In this document: positions 53,554 through 64,000 of the stretch, in pieces
How the letters are laid out: each line of letters begins with the position of its first letter
Position numbering within the stretch: the first letter of the stretch is position 1
Source of the DNA: the human T2T-CHM13v2.0 reference genome, Homo sapiens
Length of the DNA stretch: 64,000 nt
Reading direction: 5' to 3' (one strand)
Assembly (NCBI RefSeq): GCF_009914755.1
Contig: NC_060935.1
Made by a program: the position numbers and the translations under genes
Notes under the pieces: model-generated
Told to the model about the DNA's origin: nothing
Database searches by the model: none
Seen by the model: only the letters and a program-made list of their open reading frames with translations

Positions 53554-54557
53554 CCGGCACCAGTGCTCCTGGCGCCCGGAACTCCATTCCCTCCCATGAC
53601 AGCTCATTGACCAGGTCGCCTCGGGAGAGCGCCCTGCAACCCCCACCCTCCCTTTGGACCCCCGCGCTGGTCTGGAGCGCACCCAACCAGCGTAACCTTA
53701 CACTTCAGACCCAACCCAGGTCTGCTCAGCCCCGGCTGCTCCCAGGGCCTGAGAGTGGAGCTACAGTAGGGATCGGCCTTCACCCGGTCCCGGGCGGCTC
53801 CGCGGGGAAGGCGCAGCCCAGGGCGTGTTCTTCCAGTCTTGGGCGGAGTCATCACCACAGTGGACAGAGACTCCAGCGCTACTTCCCGGCGTTGACACCT
53901 GCTCCTGGAGAGGGTCCTGGACCCGCGGGCTGTGGTGGGGGTAGGGACTGCTATAGGTTCAAGCGGCTTTTCAACCACAGAGGGCTCCTTGCATTCCCTA
54001 TCGCCTACCAACGGGATCACAGCAAGACTGGGGCTGGGGCTGATACAACGCAATTTTCCTAGCCTCGCTTGTCCGGCAGCCTGCGGGTCTTAACTGCCAA
54101 TAGTCAGGGCCGCCGCGCGGGCATCTCGCCTGACGCCTACAGTGGCCAAAAAAGCTCGTTTGCCCGCGCGTTCCCTCTTGTACACACACAGACATTCACA
54201 TGCACACACACTCTGAGCCGGACTTGTGTGCGATCCCGAGAGCCCGCGAGCAACCAGCCCAGAGTCACACGCACATTTGGACACGTGCGCAGCGCGCCCC
54301 CATACCGCCAGCTAGCTGCACACATCCGCTCGTGCAGCCCTGCGCACACACGTGTGCCCCGGGGAAGAGCGCACGGCCGCAGACAGAAGGTCCCGAACGC
54401 AGGCAGGAGCTCACACGCAGGCCCCACGACTACCACGCATCTGCGGCCCCAGAGCCCCGCCGTGGCTGAGTTGATGCGCACCAGCCCCAGCGCACCCCGC
54501 GCCGCGCGGGGCACTCCCGGGCCTCATGGGCGACCCAAGTTTCCGGGGCGCCCGTAC

Positions 54558-54792
54558 CTTGAATGTGCTGCTTGATGACATTCTCCAGGTGGTCCAGCCG
54601 CTCAATAATCTTCAGAGTGTCCCCTTTGTCTTCCTCCAGCTTCTTGTCGGGCGCCGGCTCCTGCCCCCGCACATACACGCTGGCGATGTAGTTGGTGACC
54701 CAGCCCACGTAGAGCAGGCAGATGATGTTAGTCATGCCGCTCAGGATCACGCAAGTGGACACCAAAGTTTTGGTCTTCCTGGTGCACACCAT
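54558..54792 (-). CDS. GALNT18: GALNT18 first coding exon (aa 1-78 plus 1 nt): short cytosolic tail, type II signal-anchor TM helix and start of the coiled-coil stem
   Basis: Translates as MVCTRKTKTLVSTCVILSGMTNIICLLYVGWVTNYIASVYVRGQEPAPDKKLEEDKGDTLKIIERLDHLENVIKQHIQ, recognised as the GALNT18 N-terminus. Strong Kozak context (AGA ATG G). Ends at donor CAAG|GTACGG. 235 nt gives phase 1, consistent with the next residue being Glu. Lies in a CpG island. Confidence 0.96.
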
Positions 54793-54811
54793 TCTGGGCT
54801 CCTTCCTCCAT
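54728..54811 (-). other. Overlapping out-of-frame uORF2 (27 aa, MEEGAQNGVHQEDQNFGVHLRDPERHD*)
   Basis: ATG at 54811, 19 nt upstream of the main ATG, in TAT ATG G context. TAA at 54730-54728 lies inside the CDS. Confidence 0.55.
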
Positions 54812-55230
54812 ATAGAGCTCCCGGGGGCCCTTCCTTGTCGTGCGCCCCGAACTCCCCCGCGCTCGCACCCCGTAGCACGTCCGGAGCCGCTGGGCACCTC
54901 AGCACCTGAGTCCCGAGGTTCTCCAAAGCCCGGTCCGCTGCCGGTGTAGCCGCCGTGCCCAAGTTTGCAGCTCCTGCCGCTGGCCACCCGGAGAGACCTT
55001 GACAAAGGAAACCAGGTGGATTTTTTTCCAAATTAAAAATCCCTGAACCCTTCCTAGAGGGGTCACGGGTAGCCGGCAGCCGCGCGTCCAGATGTGTACG
55101 TCTGGGAAACTTTGCCACTGCCTGTGTCGGCGGCCACGCCGCTTCCCATCGCCAGCGCCGGCTGCCTTGGCGGTCCGACCGGCCCGCGCTGCTAGGAGAA
55201 CAGCGGCAGCGGCAGCGGCGGCGGGGAGAG
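54793..55230 (-). other. GALNT18: GALNT18 5' UTR portion of exon 1 (TSS approximate, about 55200-55240)
   Basis: GC-rich leader contiguous with the CDS. Its upstream end is bounded by a GCC/GCT-rich stretch with CCAAT and GC boxes just beyond. The exact TSS cannot be read from sequence. Confidence 0.7.
55063..55149 (-). other. uORF1 in the GALNT18 leader (28 aa, MGSGVAADTGSGKVSQTYTSGRAAAGYP*)
   Basis: ATG at 55149 in GCG ATG G context and TGA at 55065-55063, read directly. Translation is not demonstrated. Confidence 0.6.
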
Positions 55231-55239
55231 CCGCGAAGC

Positions 55240-55430
55240 AGAGCGGCCCGGCCCCCTCCGAGCGACAAGCGCTGCCACCAATCGCGCTCCGGCTCGGGAG
55301 AGGGGCCGGTGCTGAGCGGCAGCGGACCAACGGGGAGGGAGCGGGGGGCGGAGTCCAGCTCCCAGGCCCCACCTGCTGGCCGCCCCTGGCTCCCGCCCCC
55401 AGGGACGCGCCCGGGCCTCCACCCGCGCCT
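55240..55430 (-). promoter_or_regulatory. TATA-less proximal promoter with CCAAT and Sp/KLF GC boxes
   Basis: CCAAT at 55278-55282 (inverted relative to the gene), GGGGCGGAG at 55345-55353, CCCGCCCCC at 55392-55400. No TATA box seen. Confidence 0.65.
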
Positions 55431-55871
55431 GCACAGGCTGCCCCAGACCTGAAGCTCCCGGAGAGGGCGCGCTGCCAGTCCCAGCCCTTAGGTCGGCAGC
55501 TTCCTCCGTTAGGGGAATTCCATCTCTTGCTCTTGGGCAGGAATCTCCTGGTTTTGTGGAGGGGGTGGGGGGTTCGCACGGGTCAGCTTCTTTCATCCGC
55601 CCGGGGCTTCTCGCATTGGTGCCACCAGTCGACTCCTGGAATCTTTTCTTGGTTGCCAGGACGCTGAGAAGCCAAGGAAGTGCCAGCCCCAGCGGCATCC
55701 ACTCCTTCCTTGGCCTCACTTGGGCCTCCACCCTGCCCTCTGCCCTTCAGCCACCGGCCTCCTGAGTGTGTCCAGACCTGGCCCTAAACCTGGCTGAAAG
55801 GAGCCAACCCTCCGGCAACCTCCCAGAAGCAACATTGGTGACCTATTAGATGACTCTCTCGACCACTTCTT

Positions 55872-55901
55872 CCCCCCCCCCACCCCCCACCCCCCACCCC
55901 C
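55872..55901 (-). repeat. C10-A-C6-A-C6-A-C5 tract; G-quadruplex/i-motif-forming potential
   Basis: Four runs of at least 5 G with single-T loops on the minus strand. Confidence 0.85.
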
Positions 55902-58900
55902 ACCGCCTGCCCCAATTTTTGCCCCTATCTAGGTTTTTCTTTAAGTCTGTACAGCTCCCAGGACATGGATGTGTCCTTTAAGCCCAGTTTTCATTTATGT
56001 GGAACCAGGGTCATCCAGTGCATAAAGAAACCCTGCAAGGAAGTGCCGCTGAGGGGAACTGAGGTCTGTGAACTGTAAAGCCCTTCTACATGTTGTTTAT
56101 GATTGCTATCATAGAGGGCGGTGGGAGAGACCTGTGACTGAGCACAGGAGGAGGCCAGACGCAGACAGTGATACTGCTGTGTTTGTTCTTACTGCCAATG
56201 TTTACTCATATTATCCTCTTCTGCTGAACACCCCGTTCTCAGCACCTGAACGGAATTCCTTTAAACAAAGACTTTTTACAACATAGATTTCCTGCCTCTT
56301 CTCCATCTCTGAGTTGCTTTATTTTTTTGGCCTAAGCCAGGGAGGCAGCCTGCTGCATGCCCACTTTGTTGTGTGCCAGCCTTCCAACCAGCCACAGAAA
56401 TACTCAGGGCAGCTCCATCCTGGGATATCTTCTGGATTCAAATGACTGGCCCCACAAGAGAGGGAGAGCACAAAACCAAAGAAAGGGCACTTTATGGCCC
56501 CATCAGCCAAGGGCCCTTCTACCAATGCTTTGTTTACAAAACCTCCCCAAAGATGCTATGAAAACAGATACCAACTAGGGACCCGGGAAGATTTCCCTTG
56601 ATCCATAGCTGGAAGAGAGAACAGTGGGTGTGGGTTGGCGTGGGCTGGGGTATAGGAGGGGGAGAAGAATCGTGTGTATGGTATGTAGGAGATACATACA
56701 TGAGAGGAGAGAATGTACACAATTTCTGAAAAAATCAAGGTAGAGAAATCTGCCTCCAGGAGGGAGTAAAACTTGTCTCTCCCTTTTTTCTCTTCCAGAG
56801 GTATAATCCAGCTCACAAATAAAGGATCTGAACTTTCTTCTGGTTGGACAGACTTACAAGCAATGCCCTTGAGTACAGGCTAAGGTGTAATCTTTCCTTC
56901 TGTTCTGCCCCCTCTCCCAGGAGGAGCCCTGGAAGTTCAGCCCTTCTTGGGATCTTCCTAAACCACCACAGGACTAGAAAGAGAAGGCAATACTCATTCT
57001 TTTCACATTCTTAATGGAAAAAAATTAAATCCCAAGTTTAAAAAAATGATGGTCAAGAAGAAAACAAAGTGAATTGCGTGATCTTAAATGTTGTACAGCT
57101 GATCCTCTAAGATAATGTGTAACTGTAGAGGGGATGAATACAACAAAAGAAGAATGCTGAACAGGTTCTCCTCTCTGAAAAGTCACAGGTTTGAGTTGAC
57201 CTGTTCAAAGAATTTTCTCTGGAGGTGCAGGCAGACTCCAGGGTTCTAATCCCAGATCCACCATGTATTAGTTATGAGAGCCTGGACACATTTCAAAAAG
57301 TCAGTAGGGCTCAATTTCTCCCATGTATCAAATGTAGGTAGACAATACCTTACTGAGGACAGGCTGTGAAAATTAACTGAGAGAATGTTCCAGAAAGGGC
57401 TTTAATTAGTGCAGGACACATAGTGAGTGGTTAGGATCATGTGAGTTTCCTTCCAGATATGGTCACTCCCTTTCCAGGCCAGAGCTCAGCTCCGTGACCT
57501 CCATCCTGCTGTTTAGCAATACTTGGTTTCTCTACCTACCAGTATCAGCCCTCTCTCCCCTAATGGAAGCTAACAGGAACTAAAGCTATGAGCACCAAGG
57601 GGCTCATCTCATCGTCGCTAGCTGGGCTCCAGCACATTGGCTTTCTATTCATAATGTCTGTCTTCACCATCAGTAGTACAATGATCTGCATAGGTTGATA
57701 AAATATTCAAAATGAAAGGCTGGTTTCTTCAAGGTACTGGTCACCCCCAGTACCTTCAACTTTTCCACTCAAGACCCCTAATCCCTTGGTTGCAAACAAA
57801 GGAAGTGGGAGGGGGCATAAAGGCTTTGCTCACAAAGATTTTGCAGTCACAGGTCAGAAAAAAGTCTCTTTGCAAGCTCCCTCGTAAACAATACCTGGGT
57901 AGCAATTCATACCTTTAGTCCTGAATTCAGTTACCATACATCCAATCCTACAAGTAATGGTTGTGCTCCTGAGGTTTTGTGTAAATGACCAGTTGTCCTA
58001 GCCTCTGCCCATTTTGCTCCAGATAGGTAGATCCAGTCTGAGTTTCATTGTGTCAATACGGGCCTCTTTTCTGAGCTCAGGAAGCTGCTAAAAATCATCC
58101 TTGGATTGTAAGGATGTTTCTGATTCCCAAGTTCGGTCATTTATCTAACTCCTAAGTGTTTCCTCTCCTTTACTTTAAATAAATCCTGCCTCCTGCTGGG
58201 GATCATTGTGAGGAGTTAATCAGATAATAGGTGTAAGCAGGCCTAGCAGAGACTCCAGTACAACGTAGTTCTTCAAACTTATCCTGAGAGTTAGAATCTA
58301 GGGTCTCCTTTAACTCCTGCCACAAGAGGAGAGTGAGTGCCTTGAGGCATATACAATGGGGCTGAAGATTCTTGATAAAGCTTATCTACTACAGCCTCTG
58401 GATTTCACCCATCTTTTACATTGGGTAGGCAGCTCTTCTCTTGATGTGACTGAGGGCGAGCTGAATAGGACTTCCTACGCATAAGTACCACCACACTGTG
58501 ACTCCCCCAACACTAAGCCTTCATTCAAAATACCTTTGATACTAGAGTTAGAGAAGGCCAGTCACTAATGGAATTCAGCCACCAACTGATTACATTCTGC
58601 ATAGGGTACCCTGACCTGAGGTTTAAAGACGAACAGTGAACCAGTCTTGGCCAATGGCCATTCACTCTTCAGAGAGGGTTGTCAGTGGTCATCTGTACCT
58701 TCCAGATGGCAGCACCATGCAAAGCCTTGGGGCCAGAGTGTCAGGATTTGGGGGTGCTAAAGGATAAAAACAGGCCTGGATCATGGAAAGCCTCAATCCC
58801 TGTGCTGGCTGCATGGGAATTGGGGTTGCCAGGTTCCTAGGAGAACAGGGATTGTTGGCACTTCCAGCAAGGATGGATGTATGGTTCAGAGACAAAAGCT

Positions 58901-59061
58901 ACAGAGGAAAAGTAGGGCCAAGATTGGATTTTGCCAAGCTACAGGTCTGAGATATCATTAACAAAAAAGGCACACTTCTTGGGGAGGGATGGTAAATGAA
59001 GAGAGAAACGTTTGTTTAGTGCCTACGTTGTACCAGGCCTAGTGTTTTTCATGTTCTCTCT

Positions 59062-59292
59062 TGAGCACAGATTACGGAGCCAGACAGCTGGGTTCATATC
59101 TCAGTTCTGCCGTTTATTAGCAGTATGATCTTGGGAAAATTCCTTAACCACACTGTGCCTCAGTTTATTCATCTGTACATGGAGATAATACTGATACTGC
59201 TTACCTCACGGAGAAGTTGTGAGAATTCAATGAATTAATGTGTACAAAGCACACTAAAGGCACTACATGTATTGGCTATTGTCATTATTGCT
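59062..59292 (+). mobile_element. MIR
   Basis: GGAGCCAGAC..CTGGGTTC...CTGTGCCTCAGTTTATTCATCTGTA. Confidence 0.82.
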
Positions 59293-59819
59293 GTCTCTGA
59301 GCACCAGAGTATCTAACATGCAAATGAATGGAGGGAAGACAAGCCACCCAGAGGGCACTTTCCTCTAACTAGGGGCAAAGGGTCCTCTTGCTCCTCTTCT
59401 GTCACCCTATTTAAGGATCCAAAACAACTCCTAGCTGAGTTACAGGGCAAACCCTGGCCGGAATCCAGCAACAAGACCCATCTAACCCTCTGTCCATTGA
59501 TTCATCCACTAAATATTTTCTGAGTGCCTGCTCTGTGCTAGACCCAAAGCTGGGTACTGGCAATACAGAGGTGACTCACAGACCCTCATCCCTGCCCTCA
59601 AAGAGATCACTGTTGAATGGATGAGGCCAAAAAATAAACAACCATAATACAGTAGGATAAGCTCTTTTCTGAGATATTCTATTAATATGAGAAAGAAGGC
59701 ACAAAAAGTCAAGGGAGGTACCAAATTCCTCCCTAGCAAGTGGTTATGCAACTTCTGAACAGCTTCACTTCCATTCAGTCACTGGACAATGCTGCTGGGT
59801 AAAAATTTCTTCTTTAGAC

Positions 59820-60215
59820 CCGGAGGAAAATATTTGCAAGATAGTTAACAGACCAAAGATTGAAAACCAAAATATATAAAGAATTCATATAAGCCACTAA
59901 AACAGAGGGGCAAGAATATCCAAATGGAAAAATGAGTCAAGAATATGAACAGACAAGTAGAGAATGTATAAATAACCAATGAACATATAAAAGAGTGAAA
60001 AAACTTGTTAAAAAATAAAAATACATTTTAAAACCATAGATATCACAGTTCACCTATCAAATTGAGAAAAACAAATTAATAGGGAAATTTCCAAGTGTTG
60101 GAGAAAACGTGGGAAATAAGTACTACTCCCATATTCTGTTGGTAATTGATACAATTGCTTCAGAATGTAATTTGGCAGTAACAGTGAAAATAAAAATGCA
60201 CATTGCCCTGTGACC
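59820..60215 (+). mobile_element. Old L1 (L1ME-like) ORF2 3' fragment
   Basis: GAAAATATTTGCAA...AATATATAAAGAA...GAATATGAACAGACA...CCAAGTGTTGGAGA. Confidence 0.75.
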
Positions 60216-60374
60216 TTGTACTCATAGCATGGTCCATGGACCACTGGCATCAGCATCACTTGAGTGCTTATTAGAGAGTCAGTAGATCAGGCCCATCACA
60301 CACCTACTGAGTCAGAATCTGCATTTTAACAAAATGTCCAGGTGATTTAAATATACATTATAATCTGAGAAGCG
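60216..60374. mobile_element. MER5A/B
   Basis: GGACCACTGGCATCAGCATCACTTGAG...CCTACTGAGTCAGAATCTGCATTTTAACAA...CCAGGTGATT. Confidence 0.85.
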
Positions 60375-61044
60375 ATACATATGCAATTGTTAACCATAGC
60401 CTTTCCTTGGAAAAAGAACCAGGATTAGAGGTAGTGACCAACTTCTGAACTTTTTATCATGTTTAACTGTAATTCTGAATTTTTACAACAAATATTTCTT
60501 AATGTAATGCTTTTGAAATTAGAATTTGTTTTTATTTCAAAAGCGATTCTTCTGGTTGTAGTGAAATCTGCTTTGCATTGCTTGCAATCCTGCTTTGTGA
60601 CTTGAGCTAGTCTTGTACTATTTTAAGCCTGTTTCTTCACCTGCAAAATAGGGATAATAATCCACACCTAGCAAATAAACCAGTCCAGCCTTACACACCA
60701 ATGGGCTTTGAGCACATCACACCAAGCACAACTCAACATTTGACATTCGTAATGACTATTCTCATTGGCAGGAAAATGGCCATTCTTTATGCTTTATGGC
60801 CATAGAGAAGAGAAAAATACTGTGGGAAGAAGATTTCACCAAAGGGAACAGATACACATGCACACATACACACACAACATACAAGATTCTTGAGCTACTT
60901 ATGCTGCCCAGAGAAGTGTTTCCCATTGAAACATAAAATAAATCATCAAGGTATATAACCCTGTAGTGAGAACAGGGATGTTATCAGCCACCACTTTATT
61001 CCTCACTCGGAGCCATTGTTTGGTTTCATGTATTTGTACATAAC

Positions 61045-61344
<300 letters not shown>

Positions 61345-61446
61345 TAGGGTTGTCTGCTTATTCAGATGCAGTGAAACATTTTATAAGAGTTTGGCTTCCT
61401 TCTCTTTAAAAGGATGTTGTGTAGGAGATAAGACATGTTGAGGAGG

Positions 61447-61683
61447 AAAGCAGTAGAGTCCTCAGGTTGCACACATGTAACCAAAAAGACTTGGGTTCAA
61501 ATTCTGGATCTGCTATTTACTGATTCTGTGAGTCTGGGCAAGTTAGTTAAGTTCTTGGATCTCAATTTCCTCATTTGTACAGTGTAGCGTCTTCCTTATA
61601 GGGTTGTTGTGACGATTATGAAATGAAATTTGTAGAGCTTGGCACTAAGTTGTGGTAAGCATTCAACAAATGTTAGTTTTAAT
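61447..61683 (+). mobile_element. MIR
   Basis: GACTTGGGTTCAAATTCTGG...CTCAATTTCCTCATTTGTA...TAAGCATTCAACAAATGTTAG. Confidence 0.82.
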
Positions 61684-63344
61684 AGGACTTAACATATAGC
61701 ATTTTTTTATTCTCAATCCACAATTATATATATTATAGAGCATATATATGTGGCCTAGGGGTTACATATGTATTTTTAAATGTTTTATTACTTAAAGGAT
61801 TATCAGTTTCCTATACAATAGAAACTGGGCATGCCGGTACACAGGCAATCCATGAAGCACTGTTCACACGTCTTGATTTTCAAAATAACCTTACAAGGTA
61901 AATTAGTAATATGCCCAATTGATAGATGAGCAAACTGTATCTAGTGGCAAAGCATTGATGAATAAAAAGAATAGAGCACTCCTAAGTCCAGTACTCTTTC
62001 TATTTACCGCCTCCCTCCTGAGTAGCTGTTAAGGGACATCTATCTTCAATGAGGGAATTAAAATGCAAAAAGGGAGAGGCCTCTTGGAATTATTTGCACC
62101 TGCAAAGGAGATTGTTAAAAACAGAAGCACTTTCAAGCCCTAATTAGCTATTGTCCTCCGAACAAGGAAAAGTGCTATTAAATTCCTCCCTTTCAAAAGA
62201 GAGAATCTGGTTGGTGAAGTAGGGGCAAAGGAATGGCGATTTCTTTAGCCCCTACTGATGGCAGAAATAGTCACAGATTTCCTCAGACTCATGGAAGGTG
62301 CTTCCCTAAAAACTCGTATGTGAGTTTCAGGAAGGCACGAGAAGGAGCTGGATGCTGAAATGCCCCTCTTCTTAGGAAAACACCTGGTGACCACCTTGAT
62401 GCCTGGGTAAAAAGGGCAGAAAGCTCCCTCCACTGCCTTACATCTCCCATTCCTAGAGCCTCAAATAAATAGCAAGGACCCTGTGTGAGGGACTGCGGGT
62501 GCCTGCCAGGCATGGGGAGAAGCAAGTGACCTTTTCAGGGTTAGTATACACTGGTCCAGGACATTATTGGCCCATAAGTATGTTCTCCGCGCATCACGAC
62601 CAGCCAGATGGTAAATAAAATATTCAGCAGACACACAAACCTCTCACAATAGTGAGGTGACTGGCTTGTTCAGAACAGAGTGATTTCTGTAGAAAGCACA
62701 AATTGCAAGTGGCAAGAAGCAGCTGGGAGATGGTCGACAATCTGCTTCTTCTGACAGAGCCAGAGACCAAAGCTTGGGACAGCTTGCATTTGCAGCGGGC
62801 CCAGAGCCCATCCTCAGAGAGCAGTGGAATTTGTCATCAAAGGACTTGTATAAACTTAGTTTCAAGACAAACGGCAGATGCACAAAAGTACAAAGCACTC
62901 AAATGATTCCAGATAAAACAGCTTCAGCAGGTGCCAATGAATAGGCTGATGTCGCACGATGTATTTCCAGAGACCAATATAATCACCCTCCTAACATGGC
63001 CCAAACCCACTGTGTCTAGGTATTTGCTAATAATTCTCCACTGTGCATAGGCTCTCTTATCTAGGCATCTGCAAGCATGATGAGAGAGGTGACAGACTTC
63101 AGAATAGAGCGTTTAAGACTCCATGTCCCCAAGTAGTTTGACAGACATGCCAAATCCTCGCCATCCCACCCTAACTTCATTGCAGGGTCTCCAGCAACTA
63201 CTAAATAGGTTGATCCAGCATTTTAAGGTTGTGCTCAATGAAACTTACCATAAGCCTTAGTAACATTCTTATTTGTGATGTGTATTCTAAAACCAAAATA
63301 CAATACAGATTCATTTATTTCCTAATACATTTTCAAAACATTTC

Positions 63345-64000
63345 TCACTTCCCACTCACTCTTCAACCATAATAATCCTCTCCAAAATAGCTCTCAATAA
63401 TGTTGCCAATTACCACAATGTAGTTGAATCCAATGACATTTCTCAGTCCTCACGTTATGTAACCTTCCAGCAGCTTTGAACATTAACTTTCTCTCCTTTC
63501 TCAAAACTTTCAATTATTTTACCTTCTAGGACAGTATGCTCTCCTGGATCCTTCCTCTTGCCTCTTCCCACTACCAACCTATACTCTTCTACCTGGCCAA
63601 TCAGAATTGAAGCTCAAGATTCCATCCAACTCTCTCTCCTCTTCTTAATCTGCTCTCCCCAGGCCTAGCCAATTTCATCTATATCCAAACCATCAATTAC
63701 TCTGTATAAACAGATGATTCCAATCAGGTTTCTCCTCCAAAGTCCAGACCAGTATATCCAATTGCCTGCTACTATCCCTCCTCATATGACTCAAAAGCAT
63801 CTCAAAATCAAAATAGCAAAACCAAAGTCATTCCTTTCCTTCCTACCCCTCCAAATCTGATCCTTTTTCAATGTTCCAGTCTCGATAAATGACAACATCT
63901 CCCTTCAGTTGTGCAAACCAGAAGTCCAGAAGTTATTCTTGACAGTTCCTTCTCCTTTGTGCCTCATTTCCAATCCATGACCAGGCTGTACTGGTTTTAA
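63345..64000 (+). mobile_element. L2 ORF2 (RT-region) fragment running off the window end
   Basis: AATCCAATGACATTTCTCAGTCCTC...ACCTTCCAGCAGCTTTGA (decayed SVLILLDLSAAFD); CTCCAAAGTCCAGACC..TATATCCAATTGCCT. Confidence 0.78.

Larger units (their letters stand above)
53480..55660. promoter_or_regulatory. CpG island spanning the GALNT18 promoter, exon 1 and the start of intron 1
   Basis: Abrupt rise in GC content and CpG density (many CGCG/GCGC) relative to the CpG-depleted flanks. Confidence 0.9.

Noticed and set aside
54430-55005. 191-aa ORF taken as the whole protein
   Set aside because: It starts at a TTG in the leader and reads through the splice donor into the intron. Only 54558-54792 is supported. 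A near-cognate N-terminal extension is possible but unsupported.
55364-55382. CTCF-like motif (CGGCCAGCAGGTGGGGC on minus)
   Set aside because: Mismatch at a highly conserved core C, and such near-matches are common in GC-rich DNA.
53343-55731. Several long ORFs (239, 226, 191, 179, 173 and 168 aa) on both strands
   Set aside because: Stop-poor GC-rich CpG-island sequence giving low-complexity Ala/Arg/Pro/Gly peptides with no recognisable domain.

Overview
Mammalian (primate, almost certainly human) genomic DNA. The only supportable coding sequence is the first coding exon of GALNT18 (GALNTL4, polypeptide N-acetylgalactosaminyltransferase 18) on the minus strand: ATG at 54792, 235 coding nt, phase-1 donor after 54558. 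It lies in a CpG-island promoter (about 53.5-55.7 kb). Positions 1-54557 are the 5' part of the large intron 1, and 55.3-64 kb is upstream intergenic DNA. The rest is typical interspersed repeat: Alu/FLAM, MIR, L2, a near full-length old L1M with six nested insertions or expansions, MaLR LTRs (MLT1/MST), and hAT and Tigger DNA transposon fossils. There is no CRISPR array or structural RNA gene, and I find no convincing novel multi-gene system. The most interesting sequence-supported items are: (1) the GALNT18 5' leader, with a strong-context uORF in frame with the CDS, an overlapping out-of-frame uORF whose stop abuts Met20 (AUGacUAA), and an internal 3'-splice-site-like island; (2) a 98-bp locally templated duplication patched into a MIR, with one-sided CpG decay around an AP-1 site; (3) a perfect (CG)8(TG)7 Z-DNA tract next to a G-rich motif; (4) fold-back junctions in a Tigger3 derivative; (5) inverted Alu pairs. 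Repeat subfamily names come from recalled consensus sequences, and boundaries without a TSD are approximate.
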